Shown here: piece after piece, positions 48,617 through 60,622 of the stretch
Position numbering within the stretch: position 1 is the first letter of the stretch
How the letters are laid out: each line of letters opens with the position of its first letter
Source: Clostridia bacterium 41_269
GTDB lineage: Bacteria > Bacillota > DTU086
Direction: 5' to 3'
NCBI GenBank assembly: GCA_001508005.1
Contig: LGEZ01000006.1
Location: 14,179-78,178 of the forward strand
DNA: 64,000 nt
Notes under the pieces: model-generated
The model's input: the letters and a program-made list of their open reading frames with translations, nothing else
Told to the model about the DNA's origin: nothing
The model's database searches: none
Made by a program: the position numbers and the translations under genes

Positions 48617-49111
48617 GTGGAAGATTTCACCATTGAAGTATTTATTGAAATTCCTCGTGGAAGTAATAACAAATATGAATACGATAAGGAAAAAGGGCTC
48701 TTTCGATTAGATAGGGTCTTATATTCTCCCGTTTTTTATCCGGCTGATTACGGCTTTATACCTGATACCCTTGCAGATGATGGTGATGCCCTTGATGCAA
48801 TGGTCATGACTACTTTTCCAACTTTTCCTGGATGCCTTATAAAAGCAAGAATTATTGGTATGTTCATAATGGAAGATGAAAAAGGAAAAGATGAAAAAAT
48901 TTTAGGAGTACCAGTCAATGATCCTCGATTTGATAACATTAAATCTCTTGAAGATCTTGAAAAACATATATTAAAAGAATTTGAACATTTCTTTTCAGTC
49001 TATAAAAATCTTGAAGGGAAAGAAGTAATAGTTAAAGGGTGGACTGACAAATGGGAAGCTATGAAAACTATTGAAAAAGCCAAGCAGAAATACACCGAAA
49101 TACCTATATAA
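48617..49111 (+). CDS. ppa: Family I inorganic pyrophosphatase
   Basis: 164 aa: EIPRGSNNKYEYDK, YPADYGFIP, DGDALDAMV. GTG start after GGAGGGG. Confidence 0.9.
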   Translation: MEDFTIEVFIEIPRGSNNKYEYDKEKGLFRLDRVLYSPVFYPADYGFIPDTLADDGDALDAMVMTTFPTFPGCLIKARIIGMFIMEDEKGKDEKILGVPVNDPRFDNIKSLEDLEKHILKEFEHFFSVYKNLEGKEVIVKGWTDKWEAMKTIEKAKQKYTEIPI

Positions 49112-49166
49112 AAAAATAAGTAAAGTTTGAAAATAACCTCCATTAAAAAGTATTCCCAACCTTTTA

Positions 49167-49884
49167 TTAATCATTTATTGCTTTAATTAACTTTTGAATG
49201 GCTTTTTTCTCAATCCTTGAAATATAGGACCTTGATAATCCCATTTTTTTTTGCAATTTCTTTCTGAGTTTTCCTCAGTCCATTGATTAAGCCATAGCGC
49301 AGTTCTATAACATCCCTTTCCCGCTTATTCAGCTGACTTACATACTTTCTAATTTTCTCCTGATCAAATTCGTTTTCCACTGCATCAACAACTGTATCCG
49401 TTTCCGTTCCCAAAACATCTATCAAGGTGATTTCATTGCCTTCCTTATCAATACCAATGGGATTGTAAAGAGAAACTTCACCGCGCTGTTTCTTTTTGGC
49501 CCGCAGATGCATTAAAATTTCATTTTCAATGCATCTAGCTGCATATGTTGCCAATCTTGTTCCCTTATTAGGGTCAAAAGTATTTATAGCCTTTATTAAT
49601 CCCATGGTTCCTATAGAAATAAGTTCTTCTATATCTTCTCCACAATGCTCATATTTTTTCGTTATATGTGCCACCAAACGCAGGTTATGCTCAATCAAAA
49701 TATTTCTTGCTTCTACATCATTCTTTACCAATCTATCAATAAAAATCCTCTCTTCTTCCTCTGAAAGGGGCTGAGGAAAAGAACTGTTGTGTATATATCC
49801 AATAAAAGCAAATACTGTTCCACCTTTACTTCCTCTACTATTGAAAATTATTCTCTTAAATATTGGATGGTACAGCACAGCCAC
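49167..49884 (-). pseudogene. sigK: Sporulation sigma factor K (pro-sigmaK) with a 1-nt frameshift in an A9 run (or sequencing error)
   Basis: YIHNSSFPQPLSEEEE...NILIEHNLRLVAHITKKY...LATYAARCIENEILMHLRA closely tracks B. subtilis SigK. The ORF ends ...KEIAKKNGIIKVLYFKD*. With A8 instead of A9 (plus T9 at 49244..49252) it reads ...KEIAKKMGLSRSYISRIEKKAIQKLIKAIND*, the region 4.2 HTH. Confidence 0.85.
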
Positions 49885-49994
49885 CTCCTGAATGCAATAA
49901 GTACAGTTTATTATATGGAGTGAGCAGAGGTGCTGTGCTTGTCAAATATTAAATTATACAATTGAACAATGGGCTAAAAATTTATATAAAATAA

Positions 49995-51740
49995 TCAATA
50001 CTCTGCCAAAAATGATGCTATCTCTCTAAAAACAGGTGCAGCAGTCTCACCCCCACTTACTCCTCCCTCAACCATCACCACTACAGCAAACCTTGGTTTT
50101 TCAATAGGAAAATAACCTGCAAACCAATTATAGTACTTAGGTTTATCAATACTCAGCCCTGTTTCAGCCGAGCCTGTTTTACCGGCACTGCCGTATTTTG
50201 GTATCCACGCTTTTTTCCCTGTTCCTTCCGTAGTAGTCTTAACCATCATCTCTTGAATAATCCTGCATGTTTTTTCAGAAATAACTCGTTTCGGTTTTTC
50301 AGTATCATAAGAAATTATGGCCCTACCACTATAATCTTTAATTTCCTTTACAATTCTAGGAACCACTAGATGTCCTCCATTTGCAATCACAGATATCATA
50401 CCTGCAACTTGAACAGGAGATAAACGAACCCCCTCCTGCCCCAAGGCAGCATTGGCCATTTTCCCCTCTCCATAGGGACTTATATCAACAGATTTAAATC
50501 TGCTTCTGGGATAACCAATAAGAGCACCATCATATACTAAATTAAATTTTTCTGCATACTCAAGAATTTTTTTTCTACCTAAATGGAGTGCAGTATCAAC
50601 AAACACTGAATTGCACGATTGGGCAAAACCTTCTTTAAAAGTAATTTCTCCATGACCCTCATTTTTCCAACAGCCAATTTTCAATTGGGGATTTAAAACA
50701 TATTCTCCACTGCAGCTGAAAATATCCTCAGGATTTACAATTTTTTCTTCAATAGCCGCAGCGGCTATAAGTACTTTAAAAATGGATCCTGGATAATAGT
50801 GTTCAAAAGCTCTATTGATAAAAGGATCATTATCAGGCTTTTTTCTTACTTCCAAACACTCTGCCAAATTATTTTGGTCATAATTGGGCCTGCTGGCAAG
50901 TGCAATAATATCCCCATTTAATACGTCCATAACTACTACCGCTCCATGGGGCACCATCTGATCCATTATTTCTTCAACTTTCTTTTGAATCTGGAAATCA
51001 AGGGTAGTAACCACAGAAGGCCTGCCTGCTTTCTGATAGCCAGCAATCCTTTTAAAAGACAGCCCTGGAATAATTCTTTCCCGGGCATCAACGGTTACAA
51101 TCCAATAAAAAAGTGGGTCTTCAAGCCGCAGGTATTTTTCATATAATACTTCAATGCCTTTAACACCGATGAAATCATTTATATTATATTCCTTTTTAAA
51201 AAATGTCTTATTTTGTATAGTCTTCCATGTTTCTAAATCTATACTGTTTATATGTCCCACTAAATGTCTAGAAAGGGAATTGGGTCCATATCTGGTTTTA
51301 AAAGATATGATAAGGGTTCCCTCTAAATTCAAATTTTTTATCTTTTTAATTTGTTCATTACTTAAATTAGGAATAATTAAATATTTCTTTTTATTTAGGC
51401 TGTCTTTTAGAAGATCTTTAGAAACACCCAAAATTTTGGAAATCAACGAAGAAAACTCATCTTTTTCTTTTATCATATATGGAAATATAATGAGAGCGGG
51501 CCTTATTCCAGAATCTGTTAGGGAAATACCATTCCTGTCCAAGATTTGGCCCCTAGGATAATCTTCACCAGAAATTAAGCGAAATCGACTTTCTTGGGCT
51601 TTAATTGCCAGAGATTTTCCTCCAAAAATTTGGAGCTCAACTAATCTAAAAAGCAGTAAAATTAAAATCAAATTAAATATAACCAAAAGAAAAATTAAAC
51701 GCCCTCTTTTAAGCCCCATTATGTATTCCTTCCTGCCCAC
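49995..51740 (-). CDS. Class B penicillin-binding protein (PBP2/SpoVD-like transpeptidase)
   Basis: 581 aa with an N-terminal TM and the transpeptidase motifs SIFK (SxxK), SCN (SxN) and KTGS (KTG). Confidence 0.85.
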   Translation of the reverse strand: MGRKEYIMGLKRGRLIFLLVIFNLILILLLFRLVELQIFGGKSLAIKAQESRFRLISGEDYPRGQILDRNGISLTDSGIRPALIIFPYMIKEKDEFSSLISKILGVSKDLLKDSLNKKKYLIIPNLSNEQIKKIKNLNLEGTLIISFKTRYGPNSLSRHLVGHINSIDLETWKTIQNKTFFKKEYNINDFIGVKGIEVLYEKYLRLEDPLFYWIVTVDARERIIPGLSFKRIAGYQKAGRPSVVTTLDFQIQKKVEEIMDQMVPHGAVVVMDVLNGDIIALASRPNYDQNNLAECLEVRKKPDNDPFINRAFEHYYPGSIFKVLIAAAAIEEKIVNPEDIFSCSGEYVLNPQLKIGCWKNEGHGEITFKEGFAQSCNSVFVDTALHLGRKKILEYAEKFNLVYDGALIGYPRSRFKSVDISPYGEGKMANAALGQEGVRLSPVQVAGMISVIANGGHLVVPRIVKEIKDYSGRAIISYDTEKPKRVISEKTCRIIQEMMVKTTTEGTGKKAWIPKYGSAGKTGSAETGLSIDKPKYYNWFAGYFPIEKPRFAVVVMVEGGVSGGETAAPVFREIASFLAEY

Positions 51741-51774
51741 TTTTTATATATATCCTGGGCAAAAATGGAATACA

Positions 51775-53019
51775 TTATTCGGAAATGGGTTTTCTAACAA
51801 TATAATTTTCTCCAACAGGTACACTAACAGGTATATATACCAGCTGTTCAGGATGGGGAGCCTCTTCAATGGGTTCACCCTCCGCATTTTTCATCTCAGT
51901 AATTTTTATTTTTATGGGTTTCCCTGTAGGGCCAAATATTTCCACTATATCTCCAACAGAAAATTTGTTTTTCTGCTGCACCAAAGCCATACCTTTATCA
52001 GGATCATATTTTAAAACCTTTCCAACAAACTCACTGGCTCTGTAATAATTTGCTTCAGAATAATCATACCCATCAAAACTGGGTTTGCCGAAAAAAAAGC
52101 CCGTTGTATATTTTCTATGGCTCACCTTGCTTAACTCTTCTTTCCACTCATTCTTACATACCCATCCTTTAGGATCTTCAAAATAACTGTCTACTGCCTG
52201 TCTGTACGTTTTTACTACTGCTGCAACATAATGCAAACTCTTCATTCTTCCCTCTATTTTAAAAGAATCAATTCCTGCCTCAACAAGTTCAGGAATATGC
52301 TCAATCAAACATAAATCTTTAGCGTTAAAAATATAAGTCCCTCTCTCATCCTCAAAAATCGGCATGTATTCACCAGGTCTCTTTTCTTCCATCAAATAAT
52401 ATTTCCAACGGCAAGGATGGGAGCAGTCACCCCTATTAGCACTCCGTCCAGTTAGAAAGCTGCTTAAAAGACACCGCCCGGAATAGGACACACAAACAGC
52501 ACCATGAACAAATACTTCGAGTTCCAAAGAGACTTTCTCCCGGATCTCTTTAATTTCAGAAATGCTAAGCTCCCGAGCAAGAATAATTCTTTTAAATCCC
52601 ATTTTTTCCCAAAACAGTGCACTGGCCCAGTTGGTACAATTCGCCTGTGTGCTCAAATGGAGGGGAATAGAAGGGGCATTTTCCTTTGCAATTAATGCTG
52701 CTCCAGGATCAGATACAATTATTCCATCAACTTTTAAATCTTCTAATTTTCTAAAATAAATTTCCATCCCTTCTAAATCTTTATTATGGGCATAAATATT
52801 TGCGGTAACGTAAACTTTACAGCCTCTCTCATGGGCAAATTTAATTCCCCGCTTTAATTCATACAAGGAAAAATTTTCAGCTCCCACCCTCAAACTGAAT
52901 TCTTTTCCTCCTGCATAGACGGCATCAGCCCCATACAAAACTGCCATTTTCAGTTTTTCCAAATTGCCAGCAGGAGCTACAATCTCCGGTTTTTTCAAGG
53001 TTATCACCTTATTTTTCAT
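51775..53019 (-). CDS. Peptidase U32 family protein (YrrO/TrhP-like)
   Basis: 414 aa. Typical U32 layout (AGADAVY..., DGIIVSDPG, cysteine-rich CVSYSGRC...C..PCRW). Neighbour of mltG, as in B. subtilis yrrL-yrrO. Confidence 0.85.
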   Translation of the reverse strand: MKNKVITLKKPEIVAPAGNLEKLKMAVLYGADAVYAGGKEFSLRVGAENFSLYELKRGIKFAHERGCKVYVTANIYAHNKDLEGMEIYFRKLEDLKVDGIIVSDPGAALIAKENAPSIPLHLSTQANCTNWASALFWEKMGFKRIILARELSISEIKEIREKVSLELEVFVHGAVCVSYSGRCLLSSFLTGRSANRGDCSHPCRWKYYLMEEKRPGEYMPIFEDERGTYIFNAKDLCLIEHIPELVEAGIDSFKIEGRMKSLHYVAAVVKTYRQAVDSYFEDPKGWVCKNEWKEELSKVSHRKYTTGFFFGKPSFDGYDYSEANYYRASEFVGKVLKYDPDKGMALVQQKNKFSVGDIVEIFGPTGKPIKIKITEMKNAEGEPIEEAPHPEQLVYIPVSVPVGENYIVRKPISE

Positions 53020-53040
53020 TTTTATTTTAATTTTTTTAAT

Positions 53041-54153
53041 TTAAGAAGACTGGTTATTCTTTTTAGCCTTCAAATGTTCTTCATAAGTTCCGCTGAAAAC
53101 ATGGGAACGATCTTTTTTTTGCTACAAAATAATAGTAGGGCACATCAGCAGGATAAAGAGCAGCTTTAATTGAAGCTTCTCCAGGAGAGCAAATGGGACC
53201 AGGAGGAAGCCCCTTGTTTAAATAAGTGTTGTATGGTGATTTAACTTTTAAATCTTCTATAGTCAGAACAGGTTTCACTTTTCCTAATACGTACTGCACC
53301 GTTGCACAAGATTCCAATTTCATGCCTTTATTTAAACGGTTGTGGAATACCGCAGCTATTAAAGGTCTCTCCTCAGGTTTCTTAGCCTCCCTTTCTATTA
53401 TGGAAGCCAAAGTCACTGCCTCTAAAGTACTGAATCCCAATTCACGTGCTCTTTTTTCATATTTAGAACTATAAGATATCAACAAATCTATTAAGCATCA
53501 TTTGAATTATATCCTCAGCGCTGTAATAGTCTGGTATTTTATATGTATCAGGAAACAAAAAGCCTTCTAAACTTTTACTGCCTTTGGGCAGCTGATCAGC
53601 ATATGGAAAATTAAATTTCATAGTTTCCGCAGCCTTATAAAAATCTTCTTTTTTAATGCAACCTTTATCCGATAATAATTCAGCAATTTGGTCAAAAGTA
53701 TAACCTTCAGGTACAGTAAAGGTAATCATTTTTGTAGAACCCTTTTGAAGTTCAGCAGCTACTTGAGGAAGCGTTTGGGGGCCTTTAAATACATATGTAC
53801 CAGCTTTCAATTTTTCATCAATACCAAACAGAACAGTATAATATTTAAATAAATTTGCACTACGTACTATTCCTTTTTTCTTAAGAATTGCTGCAATCTC
53901 AGAAGTTGTTTTTTCCGGTGAAATGGCAACAGTTATATTTTTATCAATATTAACTGGAAAAAAAGCATAAGCTAAAAATAACAAAAAAAAATACCAATAC
54001 TAAAAAACCAGCACGTACAATTTTCGTATATTTTGTACAAATTTTACTGAAAATACGTAGAAAGTTAATGTTTAACCTCTTTTTTTTCTTGACATTTTCA
54101 ATAAGAATATTAAGTTTTTCTTTGATTTTTTTGATAAAGGATGGAAAAAACAT
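53041..54153 (-). pseudogene. mltG: Endolytic transglycosylase MltG (YceG family), broken into three ORFs by three frameshifts (or sequencing errors)
   Basis: The three pieces are 53950..54192 (TM), 53469..53984 and 53081..53485 (SIIEREA...PLIAAVFHNRL...). Frames are restored by T9->T8 (plus A9 at 53983..53991), a 1-nt change near 53471..53500, and A8->A7 (plus T8 at 53113..53120). The last gives ...YYFVAKKDRSHVFSGTYEEHLKAKKNNQSS*. Confidence 0.85.
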
Positions 54154-54204
54154 AACTATACTCCTCAATTGTAATCTAAAATATAAAAACATATTTCACA
54201 CTTT

Positions 54205-55554
54205 TTAGTTTGACTTTTTTTTCTTAATACCTTTTAAAATTACTTTCGGTTCAGCAGAATATTTATCTTCAGAAATAATTTCTCGGGTTATAATCTTATT
54301 TCCAAAAGTACATATCCTTTCTACCCTTGTAATATATCCAACTTTCCCTTCTTGTTCAACAAATTCTTTCCCCTCTTCCATTTCAGGATCATATTCATAT
54401 ACCGTTTTAGGTTTAATAGTTTCCATAATATAATGCCTGATTTTTACTTTTGGCCATATCCCTGCTTCCCCAAAAATATTTATTGTTAAACTATTATTTT
54501 CAACCTGCGCATTTATAACTAAATAGCTCTCTGTGTTGTTAGATAGCTTTAAATCAAGGAACCCGAAAGCAACTGCTGCATCTAGCCCAGGAGGCACATA
54601 ATTTACTAATTTAGAATGTTTATATCTTTCCTTTATATCAAGATTTGCTCTTAAAGCAGCATTGTAAAGAGTAGTAGAGGCCTGACACACACCGCCTCCT
54701 ACTCCCTCAACAAATTCATTTTTTACAATAACCAAAGCCTCTTCATAACCATTTTCCTCTGTTCTAGGGCCAACCGTTTCATTAAACGAAAATGTAAATC
54801 CAGGCGGTATTACCACTCCGTTGATGGCTTCCGCAGCAGCAGCAATATTATTAACACGACTGGAAAACCTTTCATTAAATTTCGTTGTATAAGTACCCCG
54901 AAGAACATTGATTTTTTTATCTTCAATATCTTTAGTTTTTACTCTAGGCTCGACTGTGTCAACAATTACAGGAATAATTAAACTTTTTTTAGATTCGCTA
55001 TCAGTGCTGTTAAGGATTTTTTGAAAATATTCTATAGTAGCTTCAATATCTACTCTTCTGCCCGAAGAAGAATATAGCACCTTAGGTTTACCGTTATTTA
55101 AAAAATATCTGGCATCAACAGGGTTATGGTTTATTTCCGCTGCAATTTTTTCTAAATATTTGCCAGCAGTCTTTTTATTAAGAACTAAAGGCAGCTTTAA
55201 TACATATTCCTTTTTGCCATCTCTTATTAGTAAAGAACTGCTTTTTTTTCTCAAACGAAGAGCTTGTTCTACTGCACCATTTATATCAACCTCAATCCCA
55301 GCTTCCTTAAAAAAGCAAGAAAATTCTCTTCCTAAACATTTAAAAATTACTTTCTTTTTTAAGATTTGTTCCCTTTTAGATTGCAGTCTTTTAACAGCTT
55401 CTTCAACAGTCAAGCCGCCCACATAAATTCCTTCAATTGAAACATTTTTCTCAATAACAATTCTTTCATTCTGATTTACCTTCACATTATAAAATAGAAC
55501 CAAACAAATTATGCCTAGTAATCCAGTCAATATACATAACTTTTTCCTGTCCAC
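54205..55554 (-). CDS. VanW family protein
   Basis: 449 aa with an N-terminal TM and GGGVCQASTTLYNAALRANLDIKERYKHS (VanW core). Confidence 0.75.
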   Translation of the reverse strand: MDRKKLCILTGLLGIICLVLFYNVKVNQNERIVIEKNVSIEGIYVGGLTVEEAVKRLQSKREQILKKKVIFKCLGREFSCFFKEAGIEVDINGAVEQALRLRKKSSSLLIRDGKKEYVLKLPLVLNKKTAGKYLEKIAAEINHNPVDARYFLNNGKPKVLYSSSGRRVDIEATIEYFQKILNSTDSESKKSLIIPVIVDTVEPRVKTKDIEDKKINVLRGTYTTKFNERFSSRVNNIAAAAEAINGVVIPPGFTFSFNETVGPRTEENGYEEALVIVKNEFVEGVGGGVCQASTTLYNAALRANLDIKERYKHSKLVNYVPPGLDAAVAFGFLDLKLSNNTESYLVINAQVENNSLTINIFGEAGIWPKVKIRHYIMETIKPKTVYEYDPEMEEGKEFVEQEGKVGYITRVERICTFGNKIITREIISEDKYSAEPKVILKGIKKKKSN

Positions 55555-55647
55555 TATTCTACCTCCTCGAAAAAACTGTACTTCTTTTTTTTAAATATTG
55601 TTTGTTCAAATTAATGGTTCCAATTCCTAATAGTTTATTCAGCATAA

Positions 55648-55684
55648 ATAAAAAAGCAGAACCTCGCTTTTTACGAAGTTCTGC
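55648..55684 (-). terminator. Intrinsic terminator after the DUF1292 gene
   Basis: GCAGAACTTCG-TAAAAAG-CGAGGTTCTGC followed by TTTTTTATTT on the minus strand. Confidence 0.6.
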
Positions 55685-55713
55685 TCCATCTTAATCAGTC
55701 TTATTTCACAATC

Positions 55714-56007
55714 TTAAAAAGCTTCTCCGTTGTCACCTGCTGCAACAAGCTTCTGCCAAGTTTCAGCTACCATTTCCCATTCATCATCATCTTCGATTTC
55801 ATACAATATTTCCTCACCATTTTCATCTAAACCAGTTCTAAGAATTATAGCTTCTTCTTCTTCATTATCCTCCAGGGGAAGGAGTATAGCATATTCATTA
55901 TCATCAATTTCCAAAATATCCAGAACCTCAAACTCATGTTCATTTCCTTCTTCATCAGTGAGTACAATTATATTTTCCTCTTCCATTCTGCTTTCATTAT
56001 CTACCAT
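55714..56007 (-). CDS. DUF1292 (YrzB-like) acidic protein
   Basis: 97 aa: ITLTDEEGNEHEFEVLDILEIDDNEYAILLP-type pattern. Conserved position after ruvX. Confidence 0.7.
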   Translation of the reverse strand: MVDNESRMEEENIIVLTDEEGNEHEFEVLDILEIDDNEYAILLPLEDNEEEEAIILRTGLDENGEEILYEIEDDDEWEMVAETWQKLVAAGDNGEAF

Positions 56008-56046
56008 ATTTTATCTTTTCTCCTTTCTTTTTTTTAATTTTAAATT

Positions 56047-56466
56047 TTATTCACTTTTTAAATAGTCTAAATAACTTTGCAAAATAAAAACAGCAGCAAC
56101 TTTATCAATAACCTTTTTCCTCTTTTTCCTACTTACATTACCTTCCAAAAGAATTTTTTCAGCAGCTTTAGTAGATAATCTCTCATCCCATTCAATTATG
56201 GGAACCTCTATCTTTCTCCTTAATATATCAACAAACTCAAGAACCTTCTTCCCTTGGGGGCCAAGGCTCCCATTCATATTTTTAGGCAGTCCCACAATAA
56301 TTTTTTCAGCATTATATTTCTGCACAATCTTTATTATTTCATTTACATCACATTCAGCGTCATTTTTACGTTTCAAAACCCCAATACCCTGGGCAGTCAA
56401 ACCCAAAGCATCACTAACCGCCATTCCTATGTATTTGTCTCCCACATCAAGACATAATATGCGCAA
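56047..56466 (-). CDS. ruvX: Holliday-junction-resolvase-like nuclease / pre-16S rRNA nuclease RuvX (YqgF)
   Basis: 139 aa: RILCLDVGDKYIGMAVSD, IIVGLPKNMNGSLGPQ, DERLSTKAAE. Confidence 0.9.
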   Translation of the reverse strand: MRILCLDVGDKYIGMAVSDALGLTAQGIGVLKRKNDAECDVNEIIKIVQKYNAEKIIVGLPKNMNGSLGPQGKKVLEFVDILRRKIEVPIIEWDERLSTKAAEKILLEGNVSRKKRKKVIDKVAAVFILQSYLDYLKSE

Positions 56467-56482
56467 CTTTACTATAGACTCC

Positions 56483-57436
56483 TCAGTATATCTTTATACA
56501 GAATTCAGGACAAACCACAGCACAATAACTGCACAAAATACATTTTTCTGCTGTTATTTGAGCCTTATTATTAACAATTTTAACAGCTCCGGCACTGCAG
56601 CGTTCCACACATTTGCCGCAGCCTGTACACCAGTCTGCAACAGTTATGCGCCTTTTTTTCTTACTGAGCTCTGCCGCAACACCCTCATCCACATCTCTGC
56701 CTGATACCCACGCTGCATTAACCACTACTTCAGCTTCAGACTGCATGCCCACTGCCACAGAATGTATACATTCTTGATTCAACACCCACTCCAGAGCTTT
56801 TCGAGCATTGGAAATAAGGTGTCCGCCTCCAAAGGGCTTCATAGAATAAATTCCTTTTCCATTATAATAAGCTTTCCTAACTGCCTGAAGCATTTCATCT
56901 CTAGTTCCGTCACATATACCGATCCCTTTTATATTTATCAGCGGATGAATAACATCTATCTCAGGCATTTCTGCAGCAATATTTACAGCTTCAACATAAT
57001 GACTTGAAATACCTACTGCTTTCACATATCCCTTCTCTTTAGCTTTAAGCAAAAATTCTAACGCAGGCTTATGACCTTTTAATGTTAATTCATTCTGCTG
57101 CTCATGAAGGAGAAAAATATCAATTTCCGATATATTTAAAGATTTTAAACATTCAAAAAGATCTTTTTTCATTTGGTCTTCGGTATAGGCATGGGATTTG
57201 CTTGCCAAAACAATACTTTCCCTATTACCAACACATGATAAAGCCCTAGCAATATAGGGATAGGTACCATAAGTTTTAGCAGTATCAATAAAATTTATTC
57301 CCATTTCCAGTGCCTTAATTATTACTTTACTTCCTTCCTCAATAGTTAAATTACACTGAGTTGGCCCAATGGTTAAAGCTCCAAAACAGATCCTAGAAAC
57401 CTTAAACCCAGTATTTCCTAAAATAACATAATCCAA
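56483..57436 (-). CDS. Aldo/keto reductase fused to a C-terminal 2x[4Fe-4S] ferredoxin domain
   Basis: 317 aa: LGNTGFKVSRICFGALTIG, INFIDTAKTYG, then CTGCGKCVERC and CILCSYCAVVCP. Confidence 0.75.
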   Translation of the reverse strand: MDYVILGNTGFKVSRICFGALTIGPTQCNLTIEEGSKVIIKALEMGINFIDTAKTYGTYPYIARALSCVGNRESIVLASKSHAYTEDQMKKDLFECLKSLNISEIDIFLLHEQQNELTLKGHKPALEFLLKAKEKGYVKAVGISSHYVEAVNIAAEMPEIDVIHPLINIKGIGICDGTRDEMLQAVRKAYYNGKGIYSMKPFGGGHLISNARKALEWVLNQECIHSVAVGMQSEAEVVVNAAWVSGRDVDEGVAAELSKKKRRITVADWCTGCGKCVERCSAGAVKIVNNKAQITAEKCILCSYCAVVCPEFCIKIY

Positions 57437-57471
57437 TTAAGTACTTCCCCACCTTTTGCCGCAAATAAACT

Positions 57472-57747
57472 TTACCTGTTATTTTCTAAATAAAATTTCA
57501 ATAGTTCTTCAAGGAGCTCATCCCGTTCAAGACCTCTAATTAAATTTCTCGCACCTTTATGACTGGTAATATATGCTGGGTCTCCAGATAATAGGTAGCC
57601 AATCAGCTGATTAACTGCATTGTAACCTTTTTCCTCTAAAGCCTGATAGACATACAATAGTATCTCTTTTGGATCAAGGTTCTCATCTTTATTTTTTTTA
57701 AAGTGCATCGTATCTTCAAAATTATCTTTCAAACGGGGCACCCCCAT
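57472..57747 (-). CDS. ireB: IreB/UPF0297 (YrzL) family protein
   Basis: 91 aa: DTMHF..., [50 protein letters not shown]. Confidence 0.8.
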   Translation of the reverse strand: MGVPRLKDNFEDTMHFKKNKDENLDPKEILLYVYQALEEKGYNAVNQLIGYLLSGDPAYITSHKGARNLIRGLERDELLEELLKFYLENNR

Positions 57748-57812
57748 TATCGCTGCATGTAGGACTTATTCTCCTACCACAGCACAATTCCTTTAATTTA
57801 TTTTTATTAATT

Positions 57813-60476
<2,664 letters not shown>

Positions 60477-60497
60477 TCACCCCTTATTCAAAATAAA

Positions 60498-60535
60498 ACC
60501 CCGTCGCTGATACCTTCAGCATCAGGGACGAGGTG
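60498..60535 (-). terminator. Intrinsic terminator / attenuator inside the alaS leader
   Basis: CCTCGTCCCTGATGC-TGAAG-GTATCAGCGACGGGG followed by TTTTATTTT. It ends 27 nt before the alaS ATG. Confidence 0.6.
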
Positions 60536-60592
60536 TTCCCTTGATGTCAGCTTCCTCTACTGACAAACCTAATAACTCTAAATTTTGCCTCC

Positions 60593-60622
60593 ATTATACT
60601 TTAAATTTCAAACCCTTGTCAA
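60593..60622 (-). promoter_or_regulatory. Candidate sigmaA promoter for alaS
   Basis: Minus strand reads TTGACA, an 18-nt spacer, then TATAAT, directly after the stop of the upstream permease gene. Confidence 0.55.
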
